DNA of 64,000 bases from positions 385,243 through 449,242 of the forward strand of contig CAZCME010000001.1 of NCBI GenBank assembly GCA_964499705.1, in the 5' to 3' direction. How positions within the stretch are numbered: position 1 is the stretch's first letter; each line of letters begins with the position of its first letter. The position numbers were made by a program, and so were the translations under genes. Below are positions 18,401-27,704 of this stretch, one piece after another. Under the pieces are notes generated by a model. It did no database searches. It was not told where the DNA came from and worked only from the letters and a program-made list of their open reading frames with translations. The stretch is from an uncultured bacterium. GTDB taxonomy: Bacteria; UBA8481.

Positions 18401-19777
18401 CTAAAGTTCGCGCGCTCGTCTCGAGCGGAGATACATCACGAATATGAGGAGTGACATTATGGTGGCGACCGTGACGGCCAGGCGAACCGTCTTCGACCAG
18501 CGCGGTTTCCGCGCGTCGTTCGGGTCCCGCGCCGCCGGCTCGAATTCCGGATTCGTCGCCAGCGCGAGTTCGAAATAGGAGCGCGCTCGATCCGGGTCGG
18601 ATTCGCCTCGTTCGATGAGGCCGGCGAGATGGTAATAGTCGGCAATCCGTATTCCTGTCCGGAAGATTTCCTGCAGAACGCGGCGCGCTTCCGTCCGTTC
18701 ATCATTCCTGTAGAGAGCCGTGGCGAGCGCGAAGAGCGTCTCGTGATCGCGGCGCACGGTTGTCTCGTCCCGCAGGAGAAGAAGTGCCATGCGGATATCC
18801 TCGGGAGCGCCTTTGTCGAGGAGCACCCTAGCCAGATCCACGCGGTGGCTTGTCGAGTCGGCATCGAGCTGAGACCTCATCATGCGCGCGGCCTGGTCGC
18901 GGGTCTGATCGGCTCCGTTCTGGTCTCCCGCGCTCCGCATGGCGCGTGATTTTTCGAAGAGGTAGATCGGGGCCGGAAAGAGGCTGAATGCTTGCGTGAG
19001 GTAATCGGCGGCCTCCCGGTAATTTCCTTCGGCGATCTCGAGACGCGCGAGCCAGAAGAGGCCGAGGTGATATCCCGGAAGCGTGCGCAGCGCCTTGGAA
19101 TACATTTCGCGCGCTTCGGCCGTACGTCCCTTTCGAAAGAGAAATCTTCCGTAGAGCGACCGCGTCCACGCCTCGGATGCAGGGGCCAGGTCGGATTCCA
19201 GGCGACGCAAGGCTTCCCTATACTGATAGTCCGCCTCGGCATCGCGCCCCTGGGATTCGAGGACGAGCGCGGAGTAGGTGAGCGCTCCGGGTGATTGAGG
19301 CAGCGCTGCCAGGAGAAGTTCGGCATCGTGCCCGGCGGCGGTAACGGAACCCTGGGCCAGATGAACGATGATGGATGCGCCGAGAGCGCCCGCGTCGGAG
19401 GGGTGGTCGGCGAGCACATCGTCCAGGAGGTGACGTGCTTCGTCGAATTTGTGCCGCGCGTGCGCGATGGTGGCGAGCGCGGTCCTTGCGGAGGGATCGA
19501 AAGGATTCAACCGGTGGGATGTTGTCGCGGCCTTGTGAGCGCGATCGTACCAGTCGGCCTCTCCGGTCATGCGGGCTTTTCTGATGTAGGCCTCGGCGAG
19601 GTAAGCGAAGTGCAGCGCGTCGGAGGGCGCATCGGCGGTCTTCTTGAGATAGAAGGAGATCTCGTTATCGAGCTGAGCCTGGTCTGTTCCAACGGGGGCT
19701 TCCTGCGCCGGCGTTCCCATGGCCGCGATGAAAAGCAGGAAGAACATGAGGCCGCTTCGGCGAAATAGAGAAATCAT
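18401..19777 (-). CDS. Secreted TPR protein with C-terminal membrane anchor
   Basis: Signal peptide, tandem TPR-like repeats, C-terminal hydrophobic helix followed by basic tail RSRRAREL. Confidence 0.85.
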   Translation of the reverse strand: MISLFRRSGLMFFLLFIAAMGTPAQEAPVGTDQAQLDNEISFYLKKTADAPSDALHFAYLAEAYIRKARMTGEADWYDRAHKAATTSHRLNPFDPSARTALATIAHARHKFDEARHLLDDVLADHPSDAGALGASIIVHLAQGSVTAAGHDAELLLAALPQSPGALTYSALVLESQGRDAEADYQYREALRRLESDLAPASEAWTRSLYGRFLFRKGRTAEAREMYSKALRTLPGYHLGLFWLARLEIAEGNYREAADYLTQAFSLFPAPIYLFEKSRAMRSAGDQNGADQTRDQAARMMRSQLDADSTSHRVDLARVLLDKGAPEDIRMALLLLRDETTVRRDHETLFALATALYRNDERTEARRVLQEIFRTGIRIADYYHLAGLIERGESDPDRARSYFELALATNPEFEPAARDPNDARKPRWSKTVRLAVTVATIMSLLIFVMYLRSRRAREL

Positions 19778-19801
19778 GACGCGTAGTATAGGGGAGTATA
19801 T

Positions 19802-19833
19802 AAAAAAAAGGCAGGGACCCGAAGGTCCCTGCC
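19802..19833 (-). terminator. Intrinsic terminator downstream of the DUF4331 genes
   Basis: Minus strand reads GGCAGGGACC-TTCG-GGTCCCTGCC-TTTTTTTT: perfect 10-bp stem, UUCG loop and 8 U, 13 nt after the stop at 19847. Confidence 0.9.
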
Positions 19834-19846
19834 AAAGAGGTGAAAC

Positions 19847-20587
19847 TTAGTTCGGCTCGGAGAGGAACGGAAAGACCGAAGCCGCTTCCGCGGCGTCTTC
19901 ACCCATGAGAAAATGGTGACCGATTCCTGCGTTCGTGTCGTCGTTTGTGATTGCATTCAACTCGGGCTTGTACGGAATGCTGTCCGAATTGAAGCCGGAT
20001 GCTCCGGTGCCCGCGCGGTTGATGTCCGTGAGGACGAGGAGCGTGATGTCGATGACGTCATCCTCCGGAAGTCGGCCGGCCACGGGGCGGGCGATGCCGC
20101 CGCCGTAAGCGCCCTGCGCCGTGCCACCGACTCCTGATGCCGCCGTCCCTCCGGTGGAGAGCGTGGTGTAGCCGGAGTCGAAGTTCACGACCTGGTTGGC
20201 GTAGCCGCTGGCGATGGCGGTGTTGATCCGCATGACGTCGGGCAGAAATGCGCGCGCCGTGGAATCCACGCGCAACGCGCTGTAGGCCGCGGTCTGTCCC
20301 AGCGCCTGGTTGATGGCGCCGAGCGTCTTCGCGATTTCCGCGAGAGCGACCGTGCCGGTTTCCTGCGCCGGCGTTGCCGCGTGCCAGGCCGCGAAGGCCG
20401 TGTCGCTGATGATGAGACCTTCAGCGATGCCAGGCCGGGCCAGTTTTTCAACCTGGGTGCGTGAAGTCGTGATGGCGGCGATGTTGTCGTCGCAGCCGAT
20501 GGTGCTGATAGTTCCCAGCGACAAGACTGTCACAATGGGCATCAGGAAAGCGATCCTGATGTGGTTCTTCTGGATAAAGTCGATCAT
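19847..20587 (-). CDS. DUF4331-family lipoprotein (resembles the C-terminal half of the family)
   Basis: QVEKLARPGI, PDVMRINT, GRLPEDDVID, FPFLSEPN motifs; lipobox-like TIG-C. Confidence 0.75.
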   Translation of the reverse strand: MIDFIQKNHIRIAFLMPIVTVLSLGTISTIGCDDNIAAITTSRTQVEKLARPGIAEGLIISDTAFAAWHAATPAQETGTVALAEIAKTLGAINQALGQTAAYSALRVDSTARAFLPDVMRINTAIASGYANQVVNFDSGYTTLSTGGTAASGVGGTAQGAYGGGIARPVAGRLPEDDVIDITLLVLTDINRAGTGASGFNSDSIPYKPELNAITNDDTNAGIGHHFLMGEDAAEAASVFPFLSEPN

Positions 20588-20607
20588 TTTTTCAGGTCCT
20601 TTCCTTT

Positions 20608-21438
20608 TTAGAGTGAAATAGTTTCCCAGACATCGAAGACGGTTTCGTTGGATGTGGACTGCAGCATCGCGCGAGGAACACGAACGACAATCGCGTTGAT
20701 GTTGTAGCCCTTGGCGAAGTCGAGCGAAGTGCTGTCAGGGCGGCGGTTCATCCCCACAAGCGGTGCGCCTGCCTGGAATCCCGGGTTGATCGCCTGGATG
20801 ATGCCGTTGCGCGAGCGGTGAAACTGCTCCACGTCGAAGAAGAACGGATCTTCCCGAAGACCGGCAAAGACCTGGATCGTCGTGCTCTCCGTGGCCGTGC
20901 CGAAGGAGATGGAAGTAACGGTGGTTTCACCGGTGCCCGCTGCGGCGCCTGCGCCGGCCGGCGGAGAAATGAGGCTTGTCAGACCGGTCGCGCTCCCGGA
21001 TGTTGCAACGCCGTCCTTGATGTAGGTGACGGTAATCGTCTGCCTTCCGCCCGCGGTCGTCGCTGGATCGGAGAACTGGAACCGCAGGATGACATCTTCC
21101 GTTCCCTTGGGAGCGGCGGTGATCGTGTCTCGTCGCGCGATGTGGAATTGATAGTAAGCATTCGGATTGAAGGCATACTGGGTGCGTGCGACGGAACGCG
21201 GATTCGTTCCCATGATGAAGATGAGAGATGTGTCGCTCGCGACTGCTGCATTGATGCTCGATTCCTTGAAGACGTAGAGGTCCGTAAGATTGAGCGCCCG
21301 CGACTTCAGTTGCGCCTCCCCGTCGTCGTGGTCGGATGCGTCCACATTGCCGTAAGCGACAATGAGGCTGATCGACGCGGCGAGTGACAAACCCAGCACG
21401 CCTATCGCCTTCGCCTTGATCGGAACATGTAACTTCAT
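20608..21438 (-). CDS. DUF4331-family secreted protein (resembles the N-terminal half of the family)
   Basis: ASDHDD, LTDLYVF, FAGLREDPFFFD, NINAIV motifs; ATG 21438 preceded by strong RBS GAGGAGG. Confidence 0.8.
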   Translation of the reverse strand: MKLHVPIKAKAIGVLGLSLAASISLIVAYGNVDASDHDDGEAQLKSRALNLTDLYVFKESSINAAVASDTSLIFIMGTNPRSVARTQYAFNPNAYYQFHIARRDTITAAPKGTEDVILRFQFSDPATTAGGRQTITVTYIKDGVATSGSATGLTSLISPPAGAGAAAGTGETTVTSISFGTATESTTIQVFAGLREDPFFFDVEQFHRSRNGIIQAINPGFQAGAPLVGMNRRPDSTSLDFAKGYNINAIVVRVPRAMLQSTSNETVFDVWETISL

Positions 21439-21703
21439 TTCTTCCTCCTCGATGATCCACTCTTGAGAATTCAAGGTGGTGATATTTCTCACAGTTTCAG
21501 AAATATTCGGCGGCTCGTCAATCTGATTAATCGGACGGTATTAGTCCTAGTAACTGCATTGACATGACTTCGTTGTCACTGCCTCGGATCTTGATACGGT
21601 CAAAATGTCACGATATGGTGATCATCAGCCTGAAATAACGAAAGTTATCGTACGGGACCTTCGGCATGGAGGGTGCAACAATTTCAATCTGGAAAGCTGA
21701 AAT

Positions 21704-22180
21704 ATGATCCGATCGATCCTTATTGCGGATGATGAGGAACCGAACCGCGTGGTTCTTTGCGAGACTTTTGCGCGCAAGGGGTACCGTGTCGTGGCCGTTT
21801 CCAACGGGATCGAGGCGATCGAATATGTGAGAACACGACCCACAACGCTCGGAATCCTGGATCACGATATGCCGGGCATGGGAGGACTTGATGTGCTCCG
21901 GGAGATGCGACACTCTCACGTCAGTATTCCGATCCTCATCGTGACGTCCTCCACCGATCAGCGACTTCGAGAGAAGGCGATCGCGGAGGGCGCGCAGGGA
22001 TTTTTCTCCAAGCCCGTCGATGTGGGACGGATCAGGGCGGCAGTCGCCGACTTGATCGGCGAAGAAACATCCATCGTGGTCCGGACGATCGGGACGGAGA
22101 TCACGGTGACATTCAGTTCGAATCGGAGCAACGGAGCAGGGGAAGGGCCGCATGGTCCCACGCCCCGAAGGAGACGATAA
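21704..22180 (+). CDS. Single-domain response regulator (receiver) with short C-terminal tail
   Basis: ILIADDE, phosphoacceptor [17 protein letters not shown]. Confidence 0.88.
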   Translation: MIRSILIADDEEPNRVVLCETFARKGYRVVAVSNGIEAIEYVRTRPTTLGILDHDMPGMGGLDVLREMRHSHVSIPILIVTSSTDQRLREKAIAEGAQGFFSKPVDVGRIRAAVADLIGEETSIVVRTIGTEITVTFSSNRSNGAGEGPHGPTPRRRR

Positions 22181-24102
22181 TGTCGAAGATCATCGGAATT
22201 GACCTGGGAACAACCAACTCGTGCGTGTCGGTGATGGAGGGCGGCGAGCCCGTCGTCATCGCCAACTCGGAGGGCGGTCGCACGACTCCGTCTGTCGTGG
22301 CCTACACGAAGGACGGCGAGCGTCTCGTCGGCCAGGCCGCCAAGCGCCAGTCCGTTGTCAACTCGGAGAACACGATCTTCTCCATCAAGCGTTTCATGGG
22401 CCGTCGGCACAACGAAATCGGCACCGAGGCCGCGCGCATTCCCTACAAGGTCGTCGCGCACGACAACGGGGACGCTCATGTCGAGATTCGCGGCAAGCGC
22501 TATAGTCCTCCGGAAGTCTCCGCGATGATTCTCCAGAAGATGAAGCAGACCGCGGAGGATTACCTTGGCGAAAAAGTGACCGAGGCCGTGGTCACCGTCC
22601 CCGCCTACTTCAACGACGCGCAGCGCCAAGCCACGAAAGACGCCGGGCGCATCGCCGGGCTCGATGTCAAACGAATCATCAACGAGCCGACCGCCGCGGC
22701 GCTCGCCTACGGGCTCGACAAGAAGAAGAACGAGAAGATCGCCGTGTACGATCTCGGCGGAGGCACGTTCGACATCTCGATCCTGGAGATCGGCGACGGG
22801 GTCGTGGAGGTCAAATCCACGAACGGCGACACGCATCTCGGAGGCGACGATTTCGATATCCGCCTGATGGATTTTCTCGCGGATTCCTTCAAGAAGGACC
22901 AGGGCGTCGACATCCGGAGCGACCGGATGGCGCTGCAGCGCCTTCGCGAAGCCGCGGAGAAGGCCAAGATCGAGCTCTCCTCCTCGACGCAGACGGAAGT
23001 GAATCTCCCGTTCATTACAGCCGATGCATCCGGTCCCAAGCACCTTGTTCAGACCATCACCCGCGCGCAGTTCGAGCGGCTGGTGGAGGATCTCGTCGAG
23101 CGCACATCCGAACCCTGCAGGAAGGCCCTGTCGGATGCGGGATACAAGGCGTCCGACATTGACGAGGTCGTTCTCGTCGGAGGTTCCACACGGAAGCCGG
23201 TCATCCAGAGGAAAGTCAAGGAGCTTTTCGGGAAAGAGCCGAACAAGTCGGTCAATCCCGACGAAGTCGTCGCGGTCGGCGCGGCGATCCAGGGCGGAGT
23301 TCTTTCCGGCGACTCCAATCTCCAGAACATCCTGCTCCTCGACGTCACGCCTCTCTCCCTGGGAGTCGAAGTCGAAGGCGGCCTGATGAACGTGATGATT
23401 CCCCGGAACACGACGATCCCGACGAAGAAAGCCCAGGTCTATTCGACTGCAGCGGACAGCCAGCCGGCCGTGGAGATCAACGTCCTGCAGGGCGAGCGTT
23501 CTCTCGCGCGCGACAATAAATCGCTCGGCCTCTTCAAGCTGGATGGAATCCCGCCCGCGCCCCGCGGCGTTCCCCAGATCGAATGCACCTTCGACATCGA
23601 CGCCAACGGCATCATCCACGTGGTCGCGAAGGACAAGGCGACGAACAAGGAACAGTCGATCAAGATCACGGCATCCTCCGGCATGTCCAAGGACGAAGTG
23701 GAACGAGCGGTGCGCGAAGCGGAATCGCACGCGGAGGAAGACAAGAAGAACCGCGAGGAGATCGAGGCGATCAACCAGGGCGAGCATGAGCATTACTCCA
23801 CGGAGAAGGTTTTGCGCGAGATGGGCGATAAGCTCGGAGCAGATGAAAAGTCCGCGATCGAGTCGGCCAATAAGAAATTGAGGGAAGCCGTCGACGCGAA
23901 AAATGTCGGCGACGTGAAATCCGCCCTGGATGGGCTTCGCAAGGTGAGAGACGAGGCGGTCTCCAAGGCCTACCAGGCTTCCGCCGGATCTGCGCCTGAA
24001 GGCGATTCCGGCTCCGCACAGGGACCGGGCGCCGGTTCTCCGCCACCCGCTTCCAAGGGCGGCGGCGAGAAGGTTGTCGACGCTGATTTTGAAGTGAAGT
24101 AG
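22180..24102 (+). CDS. dnaK: Molecular chaperone DnaK (Hsp70)
   Basis: [39 protein letters not shown]-terminal VVDADFE; TAATG overlap with upstream gene. Confidence 0.97.
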   Translation: MSKIIGIDLGTTNSCVSVMEGGEPVVIANSEGGRTTPSVVAYTKDGERLVGQAAKRQSVVNSENTIFSIKRFMGRRHNEIGTEAARIPYKVVAHDNGDAHVEIRGKRYSPPEVSAMILQKMKQTAEDYLGEKVTEAVVTVPAYFNDAQRQATKDAGRIAGLDVKRIINEPTAAALAYGLDKKKNEKIAVYDLGGGTFDISILEIGDGVVEVKSTNGDTHLGGDDFDIRLMDFLADSFKKDQGVDIRSDRMALQRLREAAEKAKIELSSSTQTEVNLPFITADASGPKHLVQTITRAQFERLVEDLVERTSEPCRKALSDAGYKASDIDEVVLVGGSTRKPVIQRKVKELFGKEPNKSVNPDEVVAVGAAIQGGVLSGDSNLQNILLLDVTPLSLGVEVEGGLMNVMIPRNTTIPTKKAQVYSTAADSQPAVEINVLQGERSLARDNKSLGLFKLDGIPPAPRGVPQIECTFDIDANGIIHVVAKDKATNKEQSIKITASSGMSKDEVERAVREAESHAEEDKKNREEIEAINQGEHEHYSTEKVLREMGDKLGADEKSAIESANKKLREAVDAKNVGDVKSALDGLRKVRDEAVSKAYQASAGSAPEGDSGSAQGPGAGSPPPASKGGGEKVVDADFEVK

Positions 24103-24146
24103 GGAACCCGGCCCCATTGATTCCGGTCTAACGCCTGGATCATAAT
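24103..24146 (+). promoter_or_regulatory. Candidate promoter(s) for degP: ECF/sigmaE-like GGAACcc-N17-TCTAA overlapping sigma70-like TTGATT-N18-CATAAT
   Basis: Motifs read directly in the 74-nt intergenic region; RBS GGAGG at about 24162. Confidence 0.4.
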
Positions 24147-24176
24147 GTAACCAACCAAAGCGGAGGTGCGGCAACA

Positions 24177-25667
24177 ATGATGAAATGGATCATGCGATTC
24201 ACGGCGGCGGTCTTTATCATAGCATTCCTGTTTGTTCTCTCCTTCGCGGCGCACTACACCTACTTCGAATTCTTCGCGCGTCCCCGTTACGCCTCGGCCG
24301 CTTCGCGTCCGCCGCTCATGCCGAACATGTCGGTCATCGAATCGGAAAACGCGATCGTCGCTGCGGCGGAAGCGGTCATGCCCGCCGTGGTTTCCATCGA
24401 GACCAAGCAGACGATCACGTCACAGCCCTTCCGCCATCCCTTCGCCGACGATCCATTCTTCCGCCGGTTCTTCGGAGACGACATGTTCCAGCAGGGACAA
24501 CCGAGGCAGCACGAGCAGCGCGGGCTCGGATCCGGAGTCATCGTCGATACGCGCGGGTATGTGCTCACGAATTTTCACGTGATACAGGGCGCCCAGGAGA
24601 TTGTCGTCCGGATGGCGGACGGCAAGGAATACCCGGCCAAGATCCAGGGAACGGACGAGCGACTCGATGTCGCCGTCATCAAGATCGAAGGCAACGGTGA
24701 TTTTCCCACGGCCGCGCTGGGGAATTCGGATGACCTGAAAGTCGGTATGTTCGTCCTGGCGATCGGTACGCCCTTCAATCCCAATCTGTCCCAGACGGTC
24801 ACGATGGGGATCGTTTCGGCGCTGTCCCGAAGCGGCTTGGGAATCGAGCAGGTCGAGAACTTCATCCAGACCGATGCACCGATCAACCAGGGCAACTCCG
24901 GCGGCCCGCTCGTCAATCTCCGCGGCGAAGTCGTCGGCATCAACGTCGCCATCGTGACAGGCGGCGGTTCCGGGAATGCCGGGATCGGCTTCGCCATTCC
25001 CAGCAACTCGGCGCGGTATTCCCTGGAGTCGATCGTCACGAGCGGCAAAGTCGTGCATGGGTACCTGGGAGTATCGATCCAGAACATCGACGATGAGCTC
25101 CGGCAGAGCCTCGGGCTCGACAACAGCCATGGCGCGCTCGTCAGTGAAGTCGTGCTCGGCAGCCCCGCGGACAAGGCGGGCATCAAGAGGGGAGATGTCG
25201 TTCTGGAATGGAACGGCCGGCAGGTGCGGAGCTCTTCCGCGCTGACCGATGCCGTCTCCCGGACGATGGTGGGATCGAAGGCCGAGCTGAAATATTTCCG
25301 CAACGGAAAAACCGGCACGGTTGAGGTGACCGTCGCGGAAAGGCCGGCGAATATCGAGGCCAGGGCGCGCGGTGAAGAGGACGATGCGTCCTCCATCCGT
25401 GAACTGGGCCTCAGCGTCCGGTACGTGGAAGGACGCGACGCCAAGAAACTCGGGTTACCTTCGGACGGATGCGTCGTCATAACGGAGGTGGAAGAGGGAT
25501 CGATCGCCGAGCGGAAGGGATTGAAGCCCGGCATGGGGATCGTGGAAGTCGACCGAACGGCTTTGGAATCCGTCGAGGACTTCGAGGAACTTCTCTCCCA
25601 GTCCGGCCGGCATCTCCTTCTGATCCGCTTCCAGGGCTCGTCGTATTACGTGACGATCAGCAAATAG
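24177..25667 (+). CDS. degP: DegP/DegQ (HtrA, Do family) serine protease with two PDZ domains
   Basis: Catalytic motifs TNFHV, DVAV, GNSGG; GSGVI; two PDZ-like domains; N-terminal TM/signal. Confidence 0.93.
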   Translation: MMKWIMRFTAAVFIIAFLFVLSFAAHYTYFEFFARPRYASAASRPPLMPNMSVIESENAIVAAAEAVMPAVVSIETKQTITSQPFRHPFADDPFFRRFFGDDMFQQGQPRQHEQRGLGSGVIVDTRGYVLTNFHVIQGAQEIVVRMADGKEYPAKIQGTDERLDVAVIKIEGNGDFPTAALGNSDDLKVGMFVLAIGTPFNPNLSQTVTMGIVSALSRSGLGIEQVENFIQTDAPINQGNSGGPLVNLRGEVVGINVAIVTGGGSGNAGIGFAIPSNSARYSLESIVTSGKVVHGYLGVSIQNIDDELRQSLGLDNSHGALVSEVVLGSPADKAGIKRGDVVLEWNGRQVRSSSALTDAVSRTMVGSKAELKYFRNGKTGTVEVTVAERPANIEARARGEEDDASSIRELGLSVRYVEGRDAKKLGLPSDGCVVITEVEEGSIAERKGLKPGMGIVEVDRTALESVEDFEELLSQSGRHLLLIRFQGSSYYVTISK

Positions 25668-25691
25668 AGGACATTCTCCAACAGCTTGTTG

Positions 25692-27704
25692 CTACCGGAA
25701 ACCCAGCCTGCGCCTGATGCCCCATTCGGAGGCCAGGGCAGCGGCCAGGAGCAGCAGGAGCAGCGGGTGGTCCCAGAGTTCCACGCGTCGGCGCCGAATG
25801 ATCGTGGAACGGTTCGCGACGGACGAGGAGATCGATCCGAGATCGTTTCTGTCCACGATTCTCCCTCCGGTTCGGGTCGCGATCGCGGACATGAGCGCCG
25901 GGTCGCTGTCGGTTCCGTTGTATTCCAATCCGCGCTCGACGCAGGCGACATAGGTCGTTGCCAGCGCTTCGGAATCGTCCTCCGCCATGACGGATATCCG
26001 GCATTCGCCTTCTGATTTCGGCACGAGCCGGATCTCCTTGAAGTCGTCGCGGATTTTTCTTTCGGAGAGACCCGCGCCGTCGAGCCGCACTATGGCGCGC
26101 CGAATCGATGTTTCGCCGCGCAGTTCGACCAGCGCTTCTTCGCCCGGCAGGACCGGCTGCTTCGGCGCCGCCAGGCGCAGCCGAGGCGCGGGGGAGGGCG
26201 ATATGTAGTCGATGACATCGCGCCAGAACGAGCGGACCGCGCGGGAGTCTCCTCCGAGCCAGGCCGTTTTCCACGTCTCGAATCCGACGAGAACGGCGCG
26301 CGAGGTGCCGGCGCGTCCGACCAGGAGGGCGGAACCACCGTTGGCGTAGCTCGCCAGCGAATGCGCATCCGCCGCGGATTGCAGCGCGGTTCCTCCTTCG
26401 CCCGCGATCATTCCCGCGGCGCTCCTGGCGAGCGGATGTTCCGCGACCTCGATCGCGAGAGGTCCGGCGCTTGTCGCCGTATCGCGCGCGCGCAGGGGGA
26501 GAATTCCGGCGAGCGGAGACGACGAAGCCAGGGACGTTCCCTCCGCTGCGATTCCCAGCCGACCTGCGCTCGCCAGTTCTTCCACGACCTCCACGGCGGA
26601 TGCCGGCAGCATCGCCTCATCCGCGTCGAGAGCGATCAGGACGGCGATGGGCGACAGGAGCTCCTGGTTCCAGTCGCGCGGTCGCGCGAATCGACGGCCT
26701 TCGCCCGCGACGTAGACGGCTCGCGTATCGTCGAAGACCACGATGTGCGCTTTCGGTTCCTCGACGGATTCGAGGGCATCGCGGAGATACTTGTATTCCC
26801 ATGAGAGTCGTCCGGCGATGAGAAGCACGTCGCGCGGAGGAAGCACGGTCAGAGCGAGCGTTCTCGAATTATCCGCAGCGTAGGCATCTTCTCCCTCGAC
26901 GCGGATTCGATAGGTCGCGATGCCCGGGGTCCGCGCGTCCACGGAGAAACGGTGCTCGCCGGCGGTCACGGTTTTCTTCTCGATCAACTCCTCCGCGCCG
27001 CCCTGCAGCTTATAGAGCGCGACGACCATGGATCCGGATCCCGCGATCCGGCACGTCACGGGAATTTTTCCGCCGAGGCTGACGGCCGATGGAGTCGACG
27101 CGGCCAGGATCCGCGCGCCGGGATCGCCCGCCTCCGGTGGCAGAAAGAAAATGGGAGCCTGCAACCGGTCCGCGGCGGTCATGCAATCCCCCTCCCGATT
27201 GGATACACCGTCGGTCACGACGAGGATGGCCGTTGGAGTCATCCCGCCCAGAGCGCCTCGGACGGACTGTAATGCTCCGGCCAGGTCCGTTCTTCCTCCC
27301 GTGTCGCCGATCTCGGAGATCGCGGCGGCCGGCCTGCAGATGACGTCGAAGGAATAGAGAGAAACTTCTCCATCGACGTCCCATTGCCGGATGAAATTTG
27401 CCACGGCTTCCCGGAGAGGTTCGGAACGAGGCCGGCCATCGGTGCCGGACATGCCCATCGATGCGGAGGCATCGAAAAGAACCAGGAGTCGCCGTCCCGC
27501 GGGATCGGCTATGGCCTCTTCGCGCCATGGGCGATACAGGGCGAGGAGGACGCTGATCAGGATGAAGGCCCGCAGGACGGATAGCAGGACCGCCGCGTGT
27601 CGATGCGTGGAGAAGAGTCCGCGATAGGACCATGCCGCGAGTCCGGCGAGCGCGAGGAGCGAGAGCGTGAACCAGGGCTCCGCGGGCGCGAGATCGAATT
27701 GCAT
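25692..27704 (-). CDS. Membrane-anchored vWA-domain protein of MoxR operons
   Basis: Two N-terminal TM helices, MIDAS FDASASM and VTDG, C-terminal TM ending EWGIRRRLG. Confidence 0.8.
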   Translation of the reverse strand: MQFDLAPAEPWFTLSLLALAGLAAWSYRGLFSTHRHAAVLLSVLRAFILISVLLALYRPWREEAIADPAGRRLLVLFDASASMGMSGTDGRPRSEPLREAVANFIRQWDVDGEVSLYSFDVICRPAAAISEIGDTGGRTDLAGALQSVRGALGGMTPTAILVVTDGVSNREGDCMTAADRLQAPIFFLPPEAGDPGARILAASTPSAVSLGGKIPVTCRIAGSGSMVVALYKLQGGAEELIEKKTVTAGEHRFSVDARTPGIATYRIRVEGEDAYAADNSRTLALTVLPPRDVLLIAGRLSWEYKYLRDALESVEEPKAHIVVFDDTRAVYVAGEGRRFARPRDWNQELLSPIAVLIALDADEAMLPASAVEVVEELASAGRLGIAAEGTSLASSSPLAGILPLRARDTATSAGPLAIEVAEHPLARSAAGMIAGEGGTALQSAADAHSLASYANGGSALLVGRAGTSRAVLVGFETWKTAWLGGDSRAVRSFWRDVIDYISPSPAPRLRLAAPKQPVLPGEEALVELRGETSIRRAIVRLDGAGLSERKIRDDFKEIRLVPKSEGECRISVMAEDDSEALATTYVACVERGLEYNGTDSDPALMSAIATRTGGRIVDRNDLGSISSSVANRSTIIRRRRVELWDHPLLLLLLAAALASEWGIRRRLGFR

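Noticed and set aside
21591-21604. Possible FNR box TTGATACGGTCAA
   Set aside because: Spacing is one base short of TTGAT-N4-ATCAA, and it is not upstream of the nar operon
21958-24177. 739-aa ORF antisense to dnaK
   Set aside because: Typical shadow ORF opposite Hsp70 genes caused by codon bias; dnaK on the plus strand explains the region
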